This document shows positions 33,062 through 44,361 of a stretch of 64,000 nt of DNA, piece after piece; the stretch's first letter is position 1, and each line of letters starts with the position of its first letter. The notes beneath the pieces were generated by a model, which made no database searches, was not told where the DNA came from, and worked only from the letters and a program-made list of their open reading frames with translations. Made by a program: the position numbers and the translations under genes. Source of the DNA: Syntrophales bacterium (GTDB lineage Bacteria; Desulfobacterota; Syntrophia; Syntrophales; UBA5619); contig JAXDCM010000043.1 of assembly GCA_034677965.1 (NCBI GenBank), positions 58,440 to 122,439 of the forward strand, in the 5' to 3' direction.

Positions 33062-34047
33062 AGCACCTTCTTCAGCTCTTCCCGGGTCACGGTCGCGGTG
33101 CCCGCCTTCCCCACCACGATCCCCGCGGCGTGATTGGCCAGATAGGCTGCCTCCCGGAAAGAGGCTCCCGCCGCGAGCGAGAGGGCCAGAACACCGATGA
33201 CCGTATCCCCCGCGCCCGTCACATCGAAGACCTCCCTCGCCTCCGTCCGGAATGCCGTATGTCTGATCCGGACGTCCTTCTCAAAAAGGCTCATCCCCTC
33301 TTCCCCACGGGTCATCAGCAGGGCCTTGAAATCGTACTGCCTCAAAAGCTTCATGCCGACACGGATGTGATCCTGGCCGTTCAACATCTCTTCCCCCGCC
33401 GCACGAGCGGCTTCGTGATGGTTCGGGGTCACGATGTCGAATCCCTGGTACATCGAAAAATCCCACTGCTTCGGATCCACGCAGGTGAATACCGGCCGGC
33501 CGGCGATGACCTTCCGGATGCCTTCAAGGAGGGAACGGGTGACCAACCCTTTTCCGTAGTCCGATATCACCAATGCCCCCAATTCATCCCGCAACGACTC
33601 GATGTAGGAGAGGATCCTGCGAATGCTCTTCGCTTGAACCGGCTTCCGGTCCTCCCGGTCAAAACGGACCACCTGCTGGCCGTGCGCCACGATCCGTGTC
33701 TTGAGTGTCGTGGGACGGCCCGTCTCCACGACAATGCCGTCCATATCCAAACCCCGGCCTGAGAACTCCGCCAGCAGACGTCTTCCGGTATCGTCGGACC
33801 CCAATACCCCGGCCAGATGAACCTGGCCGCCCATTGCGAAGACATTGTTCAGCACATTGGCACAGCCGCCCAGCAGAAAGTTATCCTTTTTCACCTCAAC
33901 CACGGGAACGGGCGCCTCCGGGGAGATTCGCGACACCCTTCCCCAGATAAAATGGTCCGCCATGACATCCCCAACAACCAGGACCCGGGATCGGGGAAAA
34001 TGATCAATGATCGCAAACGCCCTTCGGTTGCTCATCATCCGTTTCAT
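33058..34047 (-). CDS. rfaE1: D-glycero-beta-D-manno-heptose-7-phosphate kinase (RfaE domain I, PfkB family)
   Basis: 329 aa from ATG 34047. VLVVGDVMADHFIWGRVSRISPEAPVPVV, DVTGAGDTV. Kinase domain only. Confidence 0.85.
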   Translation of the reverse strand: MKRMMSNRRAFAIIDHFPRSRVLVVGDVMADHFIWGRVSRISPEAPVPVVEVKKDNFLLGGCANVLNNVFAMGGQVHLAGVLGSDDTGRRLLAEFSGRGLDMDGIVVETGRPTTLKTRIVAHGQQVVRFDREDRKPVQAKSIRRILSYIESLRDELGALVISDYGKGLVTRSLLEGIRKVIAGRPVFTCVDPKQWDFSMYQGFDIVTPNHHEAARAAGEEMLNGQDHIRVGMKLLRQYDFKALLMTRGEEGMSLFEKDVRIRHTAFRTEAREVFDVTGAGDTVIGVLALSLAAGASFREAAYLANHAAGIVVGKAGTATVTREELKKVL

Positions 34048-34323
34048 AAAAATCCTATCGTTCCGGCCGGGGAGAAAAACCAGATTTGATGGATGCTTAT
34101 CTATTATCAAGGACCATGTTTGTCAATCCTTTTCTCGGAAACATCCACGGGTCGCGCGAACATTCCTTATTGACTTCGTAAAGGGGTTCGGGTTAAAAAA
34201 TCGAAAAGGCATTCGGTCGTATCCATTTTCCGGGATCGCCGGAAAACGTGGAGATGGGTCTCAATCCTGTCGCCGCATCGCATTGCCGGACGGGCGTCTG
34301 CCGACCGCCGATGGGAATTGATC

Positions 34324-35079
34324 ATGATTCGTTCCGCATTGCTCGTCATCATTGCCGTCTCGATCACCGCTTTCATGTCGGTTTGCGCCCTGGTGTTCCC
34401 CCTTATTTCTCCCGGCGAGAACAAGGCTCATAAAATCGCAAATCTCTGGGCGAAAATGCTCCTCAAACTCTCCGGAATCCGGGTGAGCGTTGCCGGCCGG
34501 GAAAATGTGCTGATGAACCGTCCGCAGATCTTCATGGCCAACCACCAGAGCGATTTTGACATCCTGATCGTCCTGGCGTACATCCCCGGCCAGTTCCGCT
34601 GGATCGTCAAAAAAGAGCTTTTCAAGATCCCCGTTTTCGGCAAGGCCATGCGAAGCGCCGGGTACATCGAGATCGACCGGCAGAATCGGGAGAAGGCGAT
34701 GAAAAGCCTCGAGGAGGCGGCACAGAAAATCCGGGAAGGAAAATCGGTGGTCACGTTTCCCGAAGGAACCCGCAGCAAGGACGGAACGATCAAGCCGTTC
34801 AAGCAGGGCCTGTTCCATCTCGCCATCCAGGCCGGGGTGCCGATCGTGCCGATCTCCATCATCGGCGCCCACGAAATCATGCCGAAGCGATCCCTGAGAA
34901 TCAGGCCCGGAAAGATCAAGATGGTCATCGACCGGCCGGTGGATGTGTCCGGATACAAAATTGAAACCAGGGGGGAATTGATCGAGCGGGTCCGCGGCAT
35001 CATTGTCCGCAACTTCCAGGAAGGCGGAACCTCTTCCCGAGCGACTTCCACACCGGATGGCGGAAAGGAGCCTCTGTGA
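34324..35079 (+). CDS. plsC: 1-acyl-sn-glycerol-3-phosphate acyltransferase
   Basis: N-terminal TM, HX4D box NHQSDFD, and FPEGTRSKDG. TTG 34318 is an alternative start. Confidence 0.9.
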   Translation: MIRSALLVIIAVSITAFMSVCALVFPLISPGENKAHKIANLWAKMLLKLSGIRVSVAGRENVLMNRPQIFMANHQSDFDILIVLAYIPGQFRWIVKKELFKIPVFGKAMRSAGYIEIDRQNREKAMKSLEEAAQKIREGKSVVTFPEGTRSKDGTIKPFKQGLFHLAIQAGVPIVPISIIGAHEIMPKRSLRIRPGKIKMVIDRPVDVSGYKIETRGELIERVRGIIVRNFQEGGTSSRATSTPDGGKEPL

Positions 35080-35906
35080 CATTGATGGAGGCCGTCATCC
35101 TGGGCATCGTTCAGGGGTTGACCGAACCGTTGCCGGTCAGCAGCTCCGCGCATCTGGTCATTGTCCCCTCGCTGATCCCGGGATTCCGGCAACCCAGCGT
35201 TGCCTTTGACGTTCTCCTCCATCTCGGAACGCTCGTGGCCGTAGTCTTCTTTCTTCGACGGGAAATCGCTGAAATCATCGCTTCGTTTCTGCCGGAGAAG
35301 GAACCGTCCGCAAGCCCGCAGCGGCATCCCTCAATGGAAAAGAGCGCCAATCGCAGGTTGGCGCTCTGGATCGTTGTCGCCACGTTCCTGACCGGAATGA
35401 TCGGTCTCCTGTTCAGGGAGAGGATCGAATCTCTCTTTGAATCGGCGGCAACGGCATCCTGCATGCTTTTGATCACGGGAATCCTGTTGTTCCTTTCGGA
35501 TCGGGTGAAAATGAACAGAAGAGGAAAGGAGGAGATGAATCTGGCGGATGGAATCGTCCTGGGGCTGGTCCAGGCGGCTGCCCTGATTCCGGGAATCTCC
35601 CGTTCGGGATCCACGATCGCCTTCGGGATCTTCCGGGGGCTGGAGCGCAAGACGGCGGCAAAGGTTTCGTTCCTGATGTCCATTCCGGCCATTGCAGGCG
35701 CCGCCCTTCTCAAGGCAGCCGACTTGATCCGGTTTCCCGTAAACGATCTGCCGGCGCTGGGAGCGGGTTTCCTTGCGGCCGCAGTCACCGGGTTTCTCTC
35801 CCTGAAACTCCTCTTCGTCGCAATCAACAAAACCGGCCTCGCTCCCTTTGCCTGGTACTGCTGGATCTTCGGAACCGCTACACTGATCCTCCTGGGGTTG
35901 GGATAG
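35076..35906 (+). CDS. uppP: Undecaprenyl-diphosphate phosphatase
   Basis: 276-aa ORF. GTG start overlaps the plsC stop (GTGA) and is preceded by [27 protein letters not shown] and [10 protein letters not shown] motifs. Confidence 0.93.
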   Translation: MTLMEAVILGIVQGLTEPLPVSSSAHLVIVPSLIPGFRQPSVAFDVLLHLGTLVAVVFFLRREIAEIIASFLPEKEPSASPQRHPSMEKSANRRLALWIVVATFLTGMIGLLFRERIESLFESAATASCMLLITGILLFLSDRVKMNRRGKEEMNLADGIVLGLVQAAALIPGISRSGSTIAFGIFRGLERKTAAKVSFLMSIPAIAGAALLKAADLIRFPVNDLPALGAGFLAAAVTGFLSLKLLFVAINKTGLAPFAWYCWIFGTATLILLGLG

Positions 35907-35919
35907 AACAGGGAATCCG

Positions 35920-38211
35920 TTGACGATGAACGAAACATTGCCTTCCCAGACGCGTTTTACGGAAATCGCCGGGCTGCTCTGCCTTGCCGTTGCACTGTTT
36001 CTGCTGCTCGCCCTTCTCTCCTATCACCCCCTCGACCCTTCCCTGACGCGCTATGTGCCGGAGGAGACGACGCTTCACAATTGGACCGGCGCCGCGGGAT
36101 CCTACACGGCGGACACCCTGCTTCGTCTATTCGGGATCGGCATCCTTTGGCTTCCGGTTCTGCTGCTGGTCGCTGCCATCCGGTTTTTCCGGAGCCCCCG
36201 GTTTCGGATCGGCGCATCGGCAATCCTCGGTGTGGCCGGTTTGGTCTTTGCCACCTCAGGGATTTTCGCGCTGACCGCAGGGAGAGTCGAGTTCCACGGT
36301 GTCCCGCTGCATACGGGCGGGCTTCTGGGAAGCATTGCGGCAGGATTTCTCGACGATTATCTGCGCATGGCCGGATCGCTCATCATTTTCGGATTGATCC
36401 TGATCGTGGCCCTGATGATCTTGTTCGATTTTTCGGTGGTTTCCTTTGCGGGAAGATCAGCGGCAGCGGCGGGAACCACGGCACGAACCGGAATCGTCTG
36501 GATGGATCGGCTCAAGGAAAAACTGTGCAAGAAAGCGAAAGCGCCGGTCGTAAAAAGAACGGTCTCGGTCACCGCTCCGATCATCGAGGAACCGGCGCGG
36601 GAAACCTTGAAAGAAAAGCTGGAGAAGGCGGAGCAGACCCGTTTCAATTTCTCGTCCCGGACAAACGGGACCTTCAAGCTGCCGCCTCTGACCCTGCTGG
36701 ATAAGTTGGAGCGGAAAGACATCCGGATCAAACGGGAAACGTTGATCGCCAATTCCCGGCTGCTTGAGAAAAAGCTTTCCGATTTCGGCGTCGAGGGAAA
36801 AGTGGTCGAGGTGAAGCCCGGTCCGGTCATCACGATGTATGAGCTCGAACCCGCTCCCGGCGTCAAAATCAATAAAATCACGAATCTTTCCGATGACCTG
36901 GCGCTCGCATTGCGCGCGCCGAGCATCCGGATCATCGCACCCATTCCGGGAAGGGGGGCGATCGGCATCGAGATTCCCAATCAGGAGCGGGAGCCGGTCC
37001 GCCTGCGGGACGTTCTCGATCACGCAGCTTTCCGGGAAACCTCTTACCGCCTGCCGATCGCGCTCGGTGAAGACATCGTGGGCGCCCCCCTGATCACCGA
37101 ATTGATCCGCATGCCGCACCTCCTGATCGCCGGAACGACCGGCTCCGGGAAGAGCGTCTCCCTCAACGCCATGATCTGCAGCATCCTGTTCAAGGCACCT
37201 CCCAACGAGGTCAAGTTCCTGATGATTGATCCCAAGCGGCTGGAACTGTCCGGATATGAGGGAATCCCCCACCTTCTCCATCCGGTGGTCGTCGATCCTA
37301 AGAAGGCCTCTCTCGTGCTCCGCTGGGCGGTAGAGGAGATGGAACGCCGATACCAGATTATCAGCCGGGTCGGCGTGAAGAGCATCGAGGCCTACAACGA
37401 ATTGCGGGCCGGGAAAACGCCCGGCCAGCCTTTATCGGCCGACGCCGGGCCCGAGGAACGCGGATCGAAAGAGACGGCTCGAACGCATGAGGCCGTCCCG
37501 CCCGGGATCCGGGAAGGAGCCGTGTCCGAAGGAGCAGTCCGGCCGACAGAACCGCTTCCCGAACATCTGCCCTACATCGTCATCATCATCGATGAGCTGG
37601 CGGATCTGATGATGGTTGCGCAGAGAAATGTCGAGGAATCGCTGACTCGCCTGGCCCAGATGGCCAGGGCCGCGGGAATTCACCTGATACTGGCCACCCA
37701 GCGACCCTCCGTGGACGTGATCACGGGCATCATCAAGGCCAACTTCCCCACCCGGATCTCGTTCAAGGTCTCCTCCAAGGTGGACTCGCGGACCATCCTC
37801 GATCAGCTTGGCGCGGAAAAACTCCTCGGGGCCGGGGATATGCTCTTCATCCCCCCCGGAAGTTCAAGATTGACGCGCATCCACGGCGCCTATGTTTCGG
37901 ACCGGGAAATCGAACGGATCGTGGATTTCGTGAAAAAGCAAGGGCAGCCGGACTACGACGAGTCGATCACGGCTTTTGAACCGGAGTCGAGCGAGGAGAA
38001 GCCGGGGGAAGATTTCGACGAGAAATATGACGAAGCCGTCGCGCTCGTGACGGATCTCGGACAGGCATCGATCTCTCTCGTGCAGCGGTACCTGAAGATC
38101 GGGTACAACCGGGCGGCCCGGATGATCGAACGGATGGAGGCGGAAGGAATCGTCGGCCCTTCGGACGGCGCGAAGCCGAGAAAGGTCCTCGCTCGGAAGA
38201 TGCCGCGTTGA
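35920..38211 (+). CDS. ftsK: DNA translocase FtsK
   Basis: 763-aa ORF with N-terminal TM segments, Walker [19 protein letters not shown] and a C-terminal gamma domain ([23 protein letters not shown]). Confidence 0.96.
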   Translation: MTMNETLPSQTRFTEIAGLLCLAVALFLLLALLSYHPLDPSLTRYVPEETTLHNWTGAAGSYTADTLLRLFGIGILWLPVLLLVAAIRFFRSPRFRIGASAILGVAGLVFATSGIFALTAGRVEFHGVPLHTGGLLGSIAAGFLDDYLRMAGSLIIFGLILIVALMILFDFSVVSFAGRSAAAAGTTARTGIVWMDRLKEKLCKKAKAPVVKRTVSVTAPIIEEPARETLKEKLEKAEQTRFNFSSRTNGTFKLPPLTLLDKLERKDIRIKRETLIANSRLLEKKLSDFGVEGKVVEVKPGPVITMYELEPAPGVKINKITNLSDDLALALRAPSIRIIAPIPGRGAIGIEIPNQEREPVRLRDVLDHAAFRETSYRLPIALGEDIVGAPLITELIRMPHLLIAGTTGSGKSVSLNAMICSILFKAPPNEVKFLMIDPKRLELSGYEGIPHLLHPVVVDPKKASLVLRWAVEEMERRYQIISRVGVKSIEAYNELRAGKTPGQPLSADAGPEERGSKETARTHEAVPPGIREGAVSEGAVRPTEPLPEHLPYIVIIIDELADLMMVAQRNVEESLTRLAQMARAAGIHLILATQRPSVDVITGIIKANFPTRISFKVSSKVDSRTILDQLGAEKLLGAGDMLFIPPGSSRLTRIHGAYVSDREIERIVDFVKKQGQPDYDESITAFEPESSEEKPGEDFDEKYDEAVALVTDLGQASISLVQRYLKIGYNRAARMIERMEAEGIVGPSDGAKPRKVLARKMPR

Positions 38212-38270
38212 CGGGATAAGCCGGCTCGGACTGCGGATCAACCTTTTCGTCGGAAAGCACTTCCGAAAAA

Positions 38271-39623
38271 ATGCGTTTGAAAAAGGTCCATATCGTCAGC
38301 CTCGGCTGTTCCAAAAACCTGGTCGATTCCGAGGTGATGGCAGGCATTTTGGCCGATAACGGATACCTCCTGATGGAACGGCTGGAGGAGGCGTCGATCA
38401 TCCTGATCAACACCTGCGCGTTCATTCTCCCCGCACGCGAGGAGGCGATCGACGAGATCCTCCGCATGGCGGCATGGAAGAAGAGCGGCAGCGGTCCCTG
38501 CTCCCATCTGGTCGTCACGGGCTGCCTTCCCCAGCGATACGGAAGAGAACTGGCGAATGCTCTGCCGGAGGTTGATCTCTTCCTCGGTACGGCGGAGGTT
38601 CCCCGCATCGCCCGACACCTGGATCGGCTGTCAGCCGGCCCGAAAACCGGCTGCCGAGGCCGATCCGTCATCCGTCGCCCGATCTTCCTGATGAATGCCG
38701 GCCACAAACGCCTGGTTTCCACCCCGTCGAACAGCGCCTACCTGAAGATCGCCGAAGGGTGTTCCAACCATTGCTCCTACTGCGTGATCCCTTCCATCCG
38801 CGGCAAGGCCCGAAGCCGGGCCATCGACGATATCGTGAAGGAGGCGAAGAGGCTTGCCGCAGCGGGGGTCCGGGAGTTGATTCTCACCGCACAGGACACG
38901 ACGGCCTACGGCCTCGACCGCAGGGATCGACCGACCCTGAGCCTTCTGCTCCGGGAGCTGGCTGCCATCGACGGCCTCTCCTGGATCCGCCTCCTCTATA
39001 CCTACCCCATCCGTCTGACAGAGGAACTCCTGCGGACGATCTCGGAAGAAAAGAAGATCTGTCATTACCTGGACATCCCCGTCCAGCACAGCGATGACGC
39101 GATCCTCACGGCCATGCGCCGGCGGGGAGATGGCGATCTGATCCGGAAGGCAATTGCCCAGGTCCGACAGATCCTCCCCGACGTCGCCCTGCGCACCTCG
39201 CTGATTGTCGGCTTTCCCGGGGAGACCCGTGGTCGGTTTGAAAATCTCCTAACCTTTGTCCGCGAGATCCGCTTTGACCACCTGGGGGTCTTCACCTACT
39301 CCCGCGAGGAAGGGACCAGGGCTGCGGCCCTCCCATCCCGGATCTCCGAACGGGAGAAGGAGCGCCGCCGGAACCTCGTGATGGAAGAGCAGGCCCACAT
39401 CTCCAGAGAGATCAACAACACACTGATCGGCACCCAACAGGAAATTCTCGTCGAGGGGAAGAGTGAATTGGCCGGATACACGTGCACGGGAAGGTGCAGA
39501 CGCCAGGCCCCCGAGATCGACGGCGTAACATACCTTCGGGGTGGAATTCCGAAGGCGGGAACGATCCTCGACTGCCGGATCATTGCCGCCGATGATTATG
39601 ACCTGTACGCCGAAATCCTCTGA
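38271..39623 (+). CDS. rimO: Ribosomal protein S12 methylthiotransferase RimO
   Basis: 450-aa ORF. SLGCSKNLVDSE N-domain, radical-SAM CSNHCSYC, TRAM-like C-terminus. Confidence 0.9.
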   Translation: MRLKKVHIVSLGCSKNLVDSEVMAGILADNGYLLMERLEEASIILINTCAFILPAREEAIDEILRMAAWKKSGSGPCSHLVVTGCLPQRYGRELANALPEVDLFLGTAEVPRIARHLDRLSAGPKTGCRGRSVIRRPIFLMNAGHKRLVSTPSNSAYLKIAEGCSNHCSYCVIPSIRGKARSRAIDDIVKEAKRLAAAGVRELILTAQDTTAYGLDRRDRPTLSLLLRELAAIDGLSWIRLLYTYPIRLTEELLRTISEEKKICHYLDIPVQHSDDAILTAMRRRGDGDLIRKAIAQVRQILPDVALRTSLIVGFPGETRGRFENLLTFVREIRFDHLGVFTYSREEGTRAAALPSRISEREKERRRNLVMEEQAHISREINNTLIGTQQEILVEGKSELAGYTCTGRCRRQAPEIDGVTYLRGGIPKAGTILDCRIIAADDYDLYAEIL

Positions 39624-39846
39624 TCATTTGGCTTTCTTTACGATCGTCTCTCTCCCGCAGCCCCGGCCGAATCTTCTCTCGTCAGAAATAATTACAGGTT
39701 ATCCATGATATGATATTTATTCGTTTGACTTCACTTCAGAAAAGCATAGATGTATATACAGACTAGTCCTGAAAGTCATTTCATTCGGGCTATTTTCTTG
39801 ACGAGCACGGTGCAGTGTCGAATCGAAATGAAGAAGGGAGGGCACC

Positions 39847-40959
39847 ATGATTGCAGGGATTCTCAAGGAGATCAAGACCGAGGAAAACCGCGTATCCATG
39901 ACCCCGGCCGGGGTCGAGGTCATGAGGGACCACGGTCATACGGTCCTCGTGGAGAAAGGCGCGGGCGCCGGCAGCGGACTCGACGACAAGACCTATGCGG
40001 CAGCCGGTGCGGAGATCGTCAAAACCCCGAAAGAGATCTACGATCGATCCGAACTGGTAATGCATGTCAAGGAACCGATGCCTTCGGAGTATGAAATGAT
40101 CCGAAAAGACCAGATCGTCTTCACCTATTTCCATCTGGCCGCGGACGAGATCCTGACGAAGGCGATGGTCAAGACCCAATCGATCGACATCGCGTACGAA
40201 ACGATCCAGCGGGCGGACGGCTCCCTGCCCCTGCTCATCCCGATGAGCGAAGTGGCAGGCCGGATGGCCATTCAGGAAGGGGCGAAATATCTGGAGATGA
40301 AATACGGCGGCGAGGGCGTTCTCCTCGGCGGCGTTCCCGGCGTGGATCCGGCGACGGTGCTGGTGCTCGGCGCCGGCACGGTCGGAACCCAGGCCGCCAG
40401 AATGGCTTGCGGTCTCGGCGCCAAGGTGTATGTGGTCGATTCCTGGCTGCCGAGACTCCGCTACCTCAACGATGTGATGCCGTCCAACTGCTTCACGCAG
40501 ATGTCTTCACCGGCCGTGATTCGCAAACTGATCCGTGAGGCGGATCTCGTCATCGGGTCCGTCCTGATTCCCGGCGCCAAAACCCCCAAGCTCGTCACCC
40601 GTGACATGCTCAAGATCATGAAAAAGGGGACTGTCATGGTCGATGTGGCCATTGATCAGGGAGGCTGCTTTGAAACCTCCAAGGCTACGACGCACAAAGA
40701 TCCGATCTTCACCGTGGACGGAGTCATCCACTACTGCGTGAGCAATATGCCGGGCGCCGTCGCCAGGACCTCCACTCAGGCCCTCACCAACGCTACCCTC
40801 CCCTACGCGGTCGAGATCGCGGACAAGGGCTGGAAAAGGGCGATGAAGGAAAATCCGGAGATCAAAAGGGGCGCCAATGTCATTGGCGGGCAGATCACCT
40901 TCAAGGGGGTGTCTGACGCCTTCGGCATGAAACTCGTGCCGGTCGACAAGCTTTTGTAG
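39847..40959 (+). CDS. ald: Alanine dehydrogenase
   Basis: 370-aa ORF with GGGAGGG SD. MIAGILKEIKTEENRVSMTPAGV, NAD site VLGAGTVG. Confidence 0.93.
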   Translation: MIAGILKEIKTEENRVSMTPAGVEVMRDHGHTVLVEKGAGAGSGLDDKTYAAAGAEIVKTPKEIYDRSELVMHVKEPMPSEYEMIRKDQIVFTYFHLAADEILTKAMVKTQSIDIAYETIQRADGSLPLLIPMSEVAGRMAIQEGAKYLEMKYGGEGVLLGGVPGVDPATVLVLGAGTVGTQAARMACGLGAKVYVVDSWLPRLRYLNDVMPSNCFTQMSSPAVIRKLIREADLVIGSVLIPGAKTPKLVTRDMLKIMKKGTVMVDVAIDQGGCFETSKATTHKDPIFTVDGVIHYCVSNMPGAVARTSTQALTNATLPYAVEIADKGWKRAMKENPEIKRGANVIGGQITFKGVSDAFGMKLVPVDKLL

Positions 40960-41019
40960 TGCCGCTCGCGAAAACCTTTCTGACCGGGCCTCCCCGGCCG
41001 AGGCGGTTACATAAACAGG

Positions 41020-41796
41020 ATGAAAAAGGTCGATTTGTTGATTGCCGTACTGCTCTTCTGCAGTACGGCCGTTCCCGTTGAGGCCGCAGGCTGGTATCTG
41101 CGAGGAGCTCTTGGGTTCGAGTGGTCCCTTGCCACGGATTTTTCGGATGCGGACTCCGGAGCTTCGAACCCGCCGGCCCTCTTCGGCAGCGTCCCGGGAC
41201 GCGATGGGCAACCCATCGGCGCCTACGGCGATTTCGGCCGATCTCCCCTTGCAGAAGCGGCGGTGGGCAAGCAAATTTTTCCCTGGCTCCGGACCGAGTT
41301 TGCCGTTGCCTATCGGCATGACATGCCATACCGGGGAGAAGCCAATTTCCGAGGCGTACCGGGCGGACAACCCGTGTCGGGAAACGCCGATGCGCTGACG
41401 GGGACGGCAAACCTTTTTTTGGATATTGCCGGTCTGCCCGGTGTCGACATCGGCCGTTTCCAACCCTACTTGGGCGGAGGCGTCGGTGTCACTCACAACC
41501 GGATCGGCGAGATGACTTACGGCTTCCCCGCCAATCCCGGGAAACACAAGATTACGGTCACCCCCTCCGGCGAGAAAACGGATGTCGCCTTCATGGTAGG
41601 GGTCGGCACGGGAATCGTCCTGTCGAAACGGATCGTCCTCGATCTGTCTTACCGGTACACGGACCTCGGGCGGGTGTACACGGACGCCGGTAAAGCATAC
41701 TTGAACAACATCCCTGCGGGGATCGACATCGCCGAAACATGGGCGCCGCTTCGATCCCACGGCGTCTTCGCCGGAATCCGCTACCTGTTCAAATAG
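41020..41796 (+). CDS. Outer-membrane beta-barrel protein (OmpA-like/opacity-type barrel)
   Basis: 258-aa ORF with signal peptide (...AVPVEA/AG), alternating hydrophobic beta-strand pattern and aromatic C-terminus GIRYLFK. Confidence 0.7.
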   Translation: MKKVDLLIAVLLFCSTAVPVEAAGWYLRGALGFEWSLATDFSDADSGASNPPALFGSVPGRDGQPIGAYGDFGRSPLAEAAVGKQIFPWLRTEFAVAYRHDMPYRGEANFRGVPGGQPVSGNADALTGTANLFLDIAGLPGVDIGRFQPYLGGGVGVTHNRIGEMTYGFPANPGKHKITVTPSGEKTDVAFMVGVGTGIVLSKRIVLDLSYRYTDLGRVYTDAGKAYLNNIPAGIDIAETWAPLRSHGVFAGIRYLFK

Positions 41797-41830
41797 GAAT
41801 GGCCATTCTTTTTCCGGATGATCCATCCGG
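41797..41830 (+). terminator. Possible terminator region between convergent genes
   Basis: Palindrome GAATGGCCATTC is followed by TTTTT, then CCGGATG-atc-CATCCGG (7-bp stem). Confidence 0.3.
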
Positions 41831-41840
41831 CTAAATAGTT

Positions 41841-42815
41841 CTACGAAACCCCCTCTCCCTCGATAGAATACTCCCTGGAAAGATCGTATCGGATTTGTTG
41901 CAGTTTTTCTTGCTGCTCTTGATACAGGCTGTGCGCCATCTCCAGCGTCACCTGCTGGAAGCGGATGGTGTTGCCGGGCACGGCCTGGGCCACCTTGGGG
42001 AGATCTGTCGTAATCACGGTCACGATTTTTGCGTATCCCCCCGAAGTCTGCTCGACAAGAAGGATGATCGGTTGCCCGTCGGCGGGAACTTGCACGTTTC
42101 CGGGCATCGTAGGTTCCGTCACGATGCTCTCCGGAGATCCGGGATCGTGACAAACGGCGGGACCCAGCAGCCTGCAGCCCATTCGGTCGATCTGCGGGGT
42201 CACCTTAAAGGAGTTGCGGAAGAAATCGCCGATGCCTTCCCGGAAGAACTCATCCTGCGGACCGGGAATGGCCCGAAGCACGATTTCTTGCGCATATTGC
42301 GGAATCCACTTTTCGGGAAATTTGCGGGGGCGATTGAGGAGATCGCCCGCGCCCCGGTACAGGGTATCACCCTTGATCAATCCGCGTCCGGCGATACCGC
42401 CGATTTTCGCCCTTGCGAAGGTCGAGCGGCTCCCCATCACCGGGGGGACATCGATGCCCCCCGTAACCGCCAGGTAGGCTCGGCAACCTCGCAAAACCCT
42501 GGGGATCCGGATGAGATCGCCGGGATTCACCCTGTGCGTCCGCCATCCGGAAACGGGGAGACCATTGACGGTCATACCCATGTCGGCGCCGGTCAGCGCG
42601 ATGTCGGCCGGGGCAAGCACTTCCAAGGCGGGACCTGTCACGGTGATCTCCAGGACGGCGGCCCCCTCGGGATTGCCCACCAACAGATTCGCAATCCGGC
42701 AGGCGAAGGGATCGAGAGCCCCGGATAGGGGAACACCCCGATCCAGAAAGGCGGATCTTCCCAGATCCTGCACAGTGGTCATGGAACCTGGGTTTCGGAC
42801 GGCAAAAAGCTCCAT
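41841..42815 (-). CDS. pxpC: 5-oxoprolinase subunit C (KipA / allophanate hydrolase subunit 2 family)
   Basis: 324-aa ORF. TTVQDLGRSAFLDRGVPLSGALD N-terminus typical of the family. Last gene of the pxpABC set. Confidence 0.88.
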   Translation of the reverse strand: MELFAVRNPGSMTTVQDLGRSAFLDRGVPLSGALDPFACRIANLLVGNPEGAAVLEITVTGPALEVLAPADIALTGADMGMTVNGLPVSGWRTHRVNPGDLIRIPRVLRGCRAYLAVTGGIDVPPVMGSRSTFARAKIGGIAGRGLIKGDTLYRGAGDLLNRPRKFPEKWIPQYAQEIVLRAIPGPQDEFFREGIGDFFRNSFKVTPQIDRMGCRLLGPAVCHDPGSPESIVTEPTMPGNVQVPADGQPIILLVEQTSGGYAKIVTVITTDLPKVAQAVPGNTIRFQQVTLEMAHSLYQEQQEKLQQIRYDLSREYSIEGEGVS

Positions 42816-43522
42816 CAGGACCGCTCCGTTTTGTACAAGCGCTCAAAGTTCGTCTTATCGATGGGAACAAACCGAATACGGTCTCCCGCCTCGTAAAGGA
42901 ATGGGGGTTCCCGCTGAGGCGCGAAGAGCCTCAACGGGGTCTGCCCGATGATCTGCCAGCCGCCGGGACTGTCGACGGGGTAGACGCCCGTCTGAGATTC
43001 CGCGAGCCCCACCGATCCCGCCGGCAGGTTCTCCCGCGGCGTTTTTCGGCGGGGTGTCCGCAACCGGCCTTCCAGTCCGCCCAGGTAACAAAAACCGGGC
43101 GTGAAACCGATCATGTAGATCCGGTAGTCTACAGAGGAATGGAGGGCGATGATCTGCTCCTCCCGCAGGCCGGTGTGTTCCGCCACGATGCCGATGTCGG
43201 GGCCAAACTCGCCTCCGTAGCAGACCGGGATCGGAACGATCTTCGCCTTCGCAGGACTACCCGCACGGGAGTTCGCTTCCAAGGCAGAAAGGATCTTCGC
43301 CAGCCGGGCGGGACGGGTCACAAGCGGATCATAGAGAATAGAGAGGGAGCGGTAGGCCGGGACAATCGCCTCGACCCCGGCCGGAAGGTTTTGCTTCAGG
43401 AGCGCCGTCATGGTCCGAACCTTTTCATTGACGGCGGGATCGATTCCTTCGCCGTACTCCACCAGAAGCGCGCGGTCGCCGCTCAGCCGGATTCGGGCCT
43501 GTTCGTAGAGAATCGGTGACAT
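42815..43522 (-). CDS. pxpB: 5-oxoprolinase subunit B (KipI / allophanate hydrolase subunit 1 family)
   Basis: 235-aa ORF, 1-nt overlap with pxpC. GDRALLVEYG..., SLSILYDP. Confidence 0.88.
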   Translation of the reverse strand: MSPILYEQARIRLSGDRALLVEYGEGIDPAVNEKVRTMTALLKQNLPAGVEAIVPAYRSLSILYDPLVTRPARLAKILSALEANSRAGSPAKAKIVPIPVCYGGEFGPDIGIVAEHTGLREEQIIALHSSVDYRIYMIGFTPGFCYLGGLEGRLRTPRRKTPRENLPAGSVGLAESQTGVYPVDSPGGWQIIGQTPLRLFAPQREPPFLYEAGDRIRFVPIDKTNFERLYKTERS

Positions 43523-43552
43523 AACTCGGGAAATACCGTTGTGGAGGAAATC

Positions 43553-44329
43553 TCAAGCGGTTGCACCCAACGGGACGATCAACAGCCCCTCGCACTCGAG
43601 CCCCTTTCGGATCGTCCTCACATGGTCGAGGGCCGATGGATTGTCTCCGTGCACGCAGAGCGTTTGAACCTCGATTTCAATCACTGAGCCGTTCGTGGCG
43701 ATCACGCTGCCCTCCTTGGCCATCCGGAGGGCCTGCTCCGCGGCCCGCCGCGGATCGGTGATCACGGCCCCGGGGAGCTTCCTCGGGGCCAGCTTTCCAT
43801 CGGAAGTATAAGCCCGATCGGGAAAGGCTTCGAAGACGACACGGATCCCCGCTTCATCGGCGATTTTCCTCGCAAGCCCGGAATGAGCCCCGCCCAATGT
43901 CACCCAGAGCAGCGACCGATCGACGGCGGCAATGGCCTCGGCCACGGCCCGGGACAGCGGCTCGTTTCCCACACACATGTTGTACAGGCTGCCGTGGGGC
44001 TTCACGTGCTGCAGCTTCACACCATGAAACAGACAAAAGCCTTGCAGGGCCGCAATCTGGTAGATGACGTCATCGCGCACCTCGTCGGGGGTACAGTCCA
44101 TGTTCCGCCGCCCGAAACCCACCCGGTCGGGGTATCCCGGATGGGCCCCGACACCCACATCGTTTTCCCTGGCCAGTTTCACCGTCCGGTTCATGACCCC
44201 GGGATCGCCGGCGTGGAACCCACAGGCGATGTTGGCGGAACTGATGTACCGGATCACCTCGCCGTCCATTCCGAGGCTATAGGCGCCGAAGCTCTCCCCC
44301 ATATCGCAGTTGATGTCGATCCTCTTCAT
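43553..44329 (-). CDS. pxpA: 5-oxoprolinase subunit A (LamB/YcsF family)
   Basis: 258 aa from ATG 44329 (MKRIDINCDMGESFG...ACGFHAGDP...GAHPGYPD). Confidence 0.92.
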   Translation of the reverse strand: MKRIDINCDMGESFGAYSLGMDGEVIRYISSANIACGFHAGDPGVMNRTVKLARENDVGVGAHPGYPDRVGFGRRNMDCTPDEVRDDVIYQIAALQGFCLFHGVKLQHVKPHGSLYNMCVGNEPLSRAVAEAIAAVDRSLLWVTLGGAHSGLARKIADEAGIRVVFEAFPDRAYTSDGKLAPRKLPGAVITDPRRAAEQALRMAKEGSVIATNGSVIEIEVQTLCVHGDNPSALDHVRTIRKGLECEGLLIVPLGATA

Positions 44330-44361
44330 CGGTTCATCTCCCGTCAAGGCGCGTCGAATCG

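Noticed and set aside
40507-42153. 548-aa minus-strand ORF spanning ald, the outer-membrane protein gene and part of pxpC
   Set aside because: It runs antisense through two well-supported plus-strand genes and across an intergenic terminator region. Its composition is typical of a spurious GC-rich frame.
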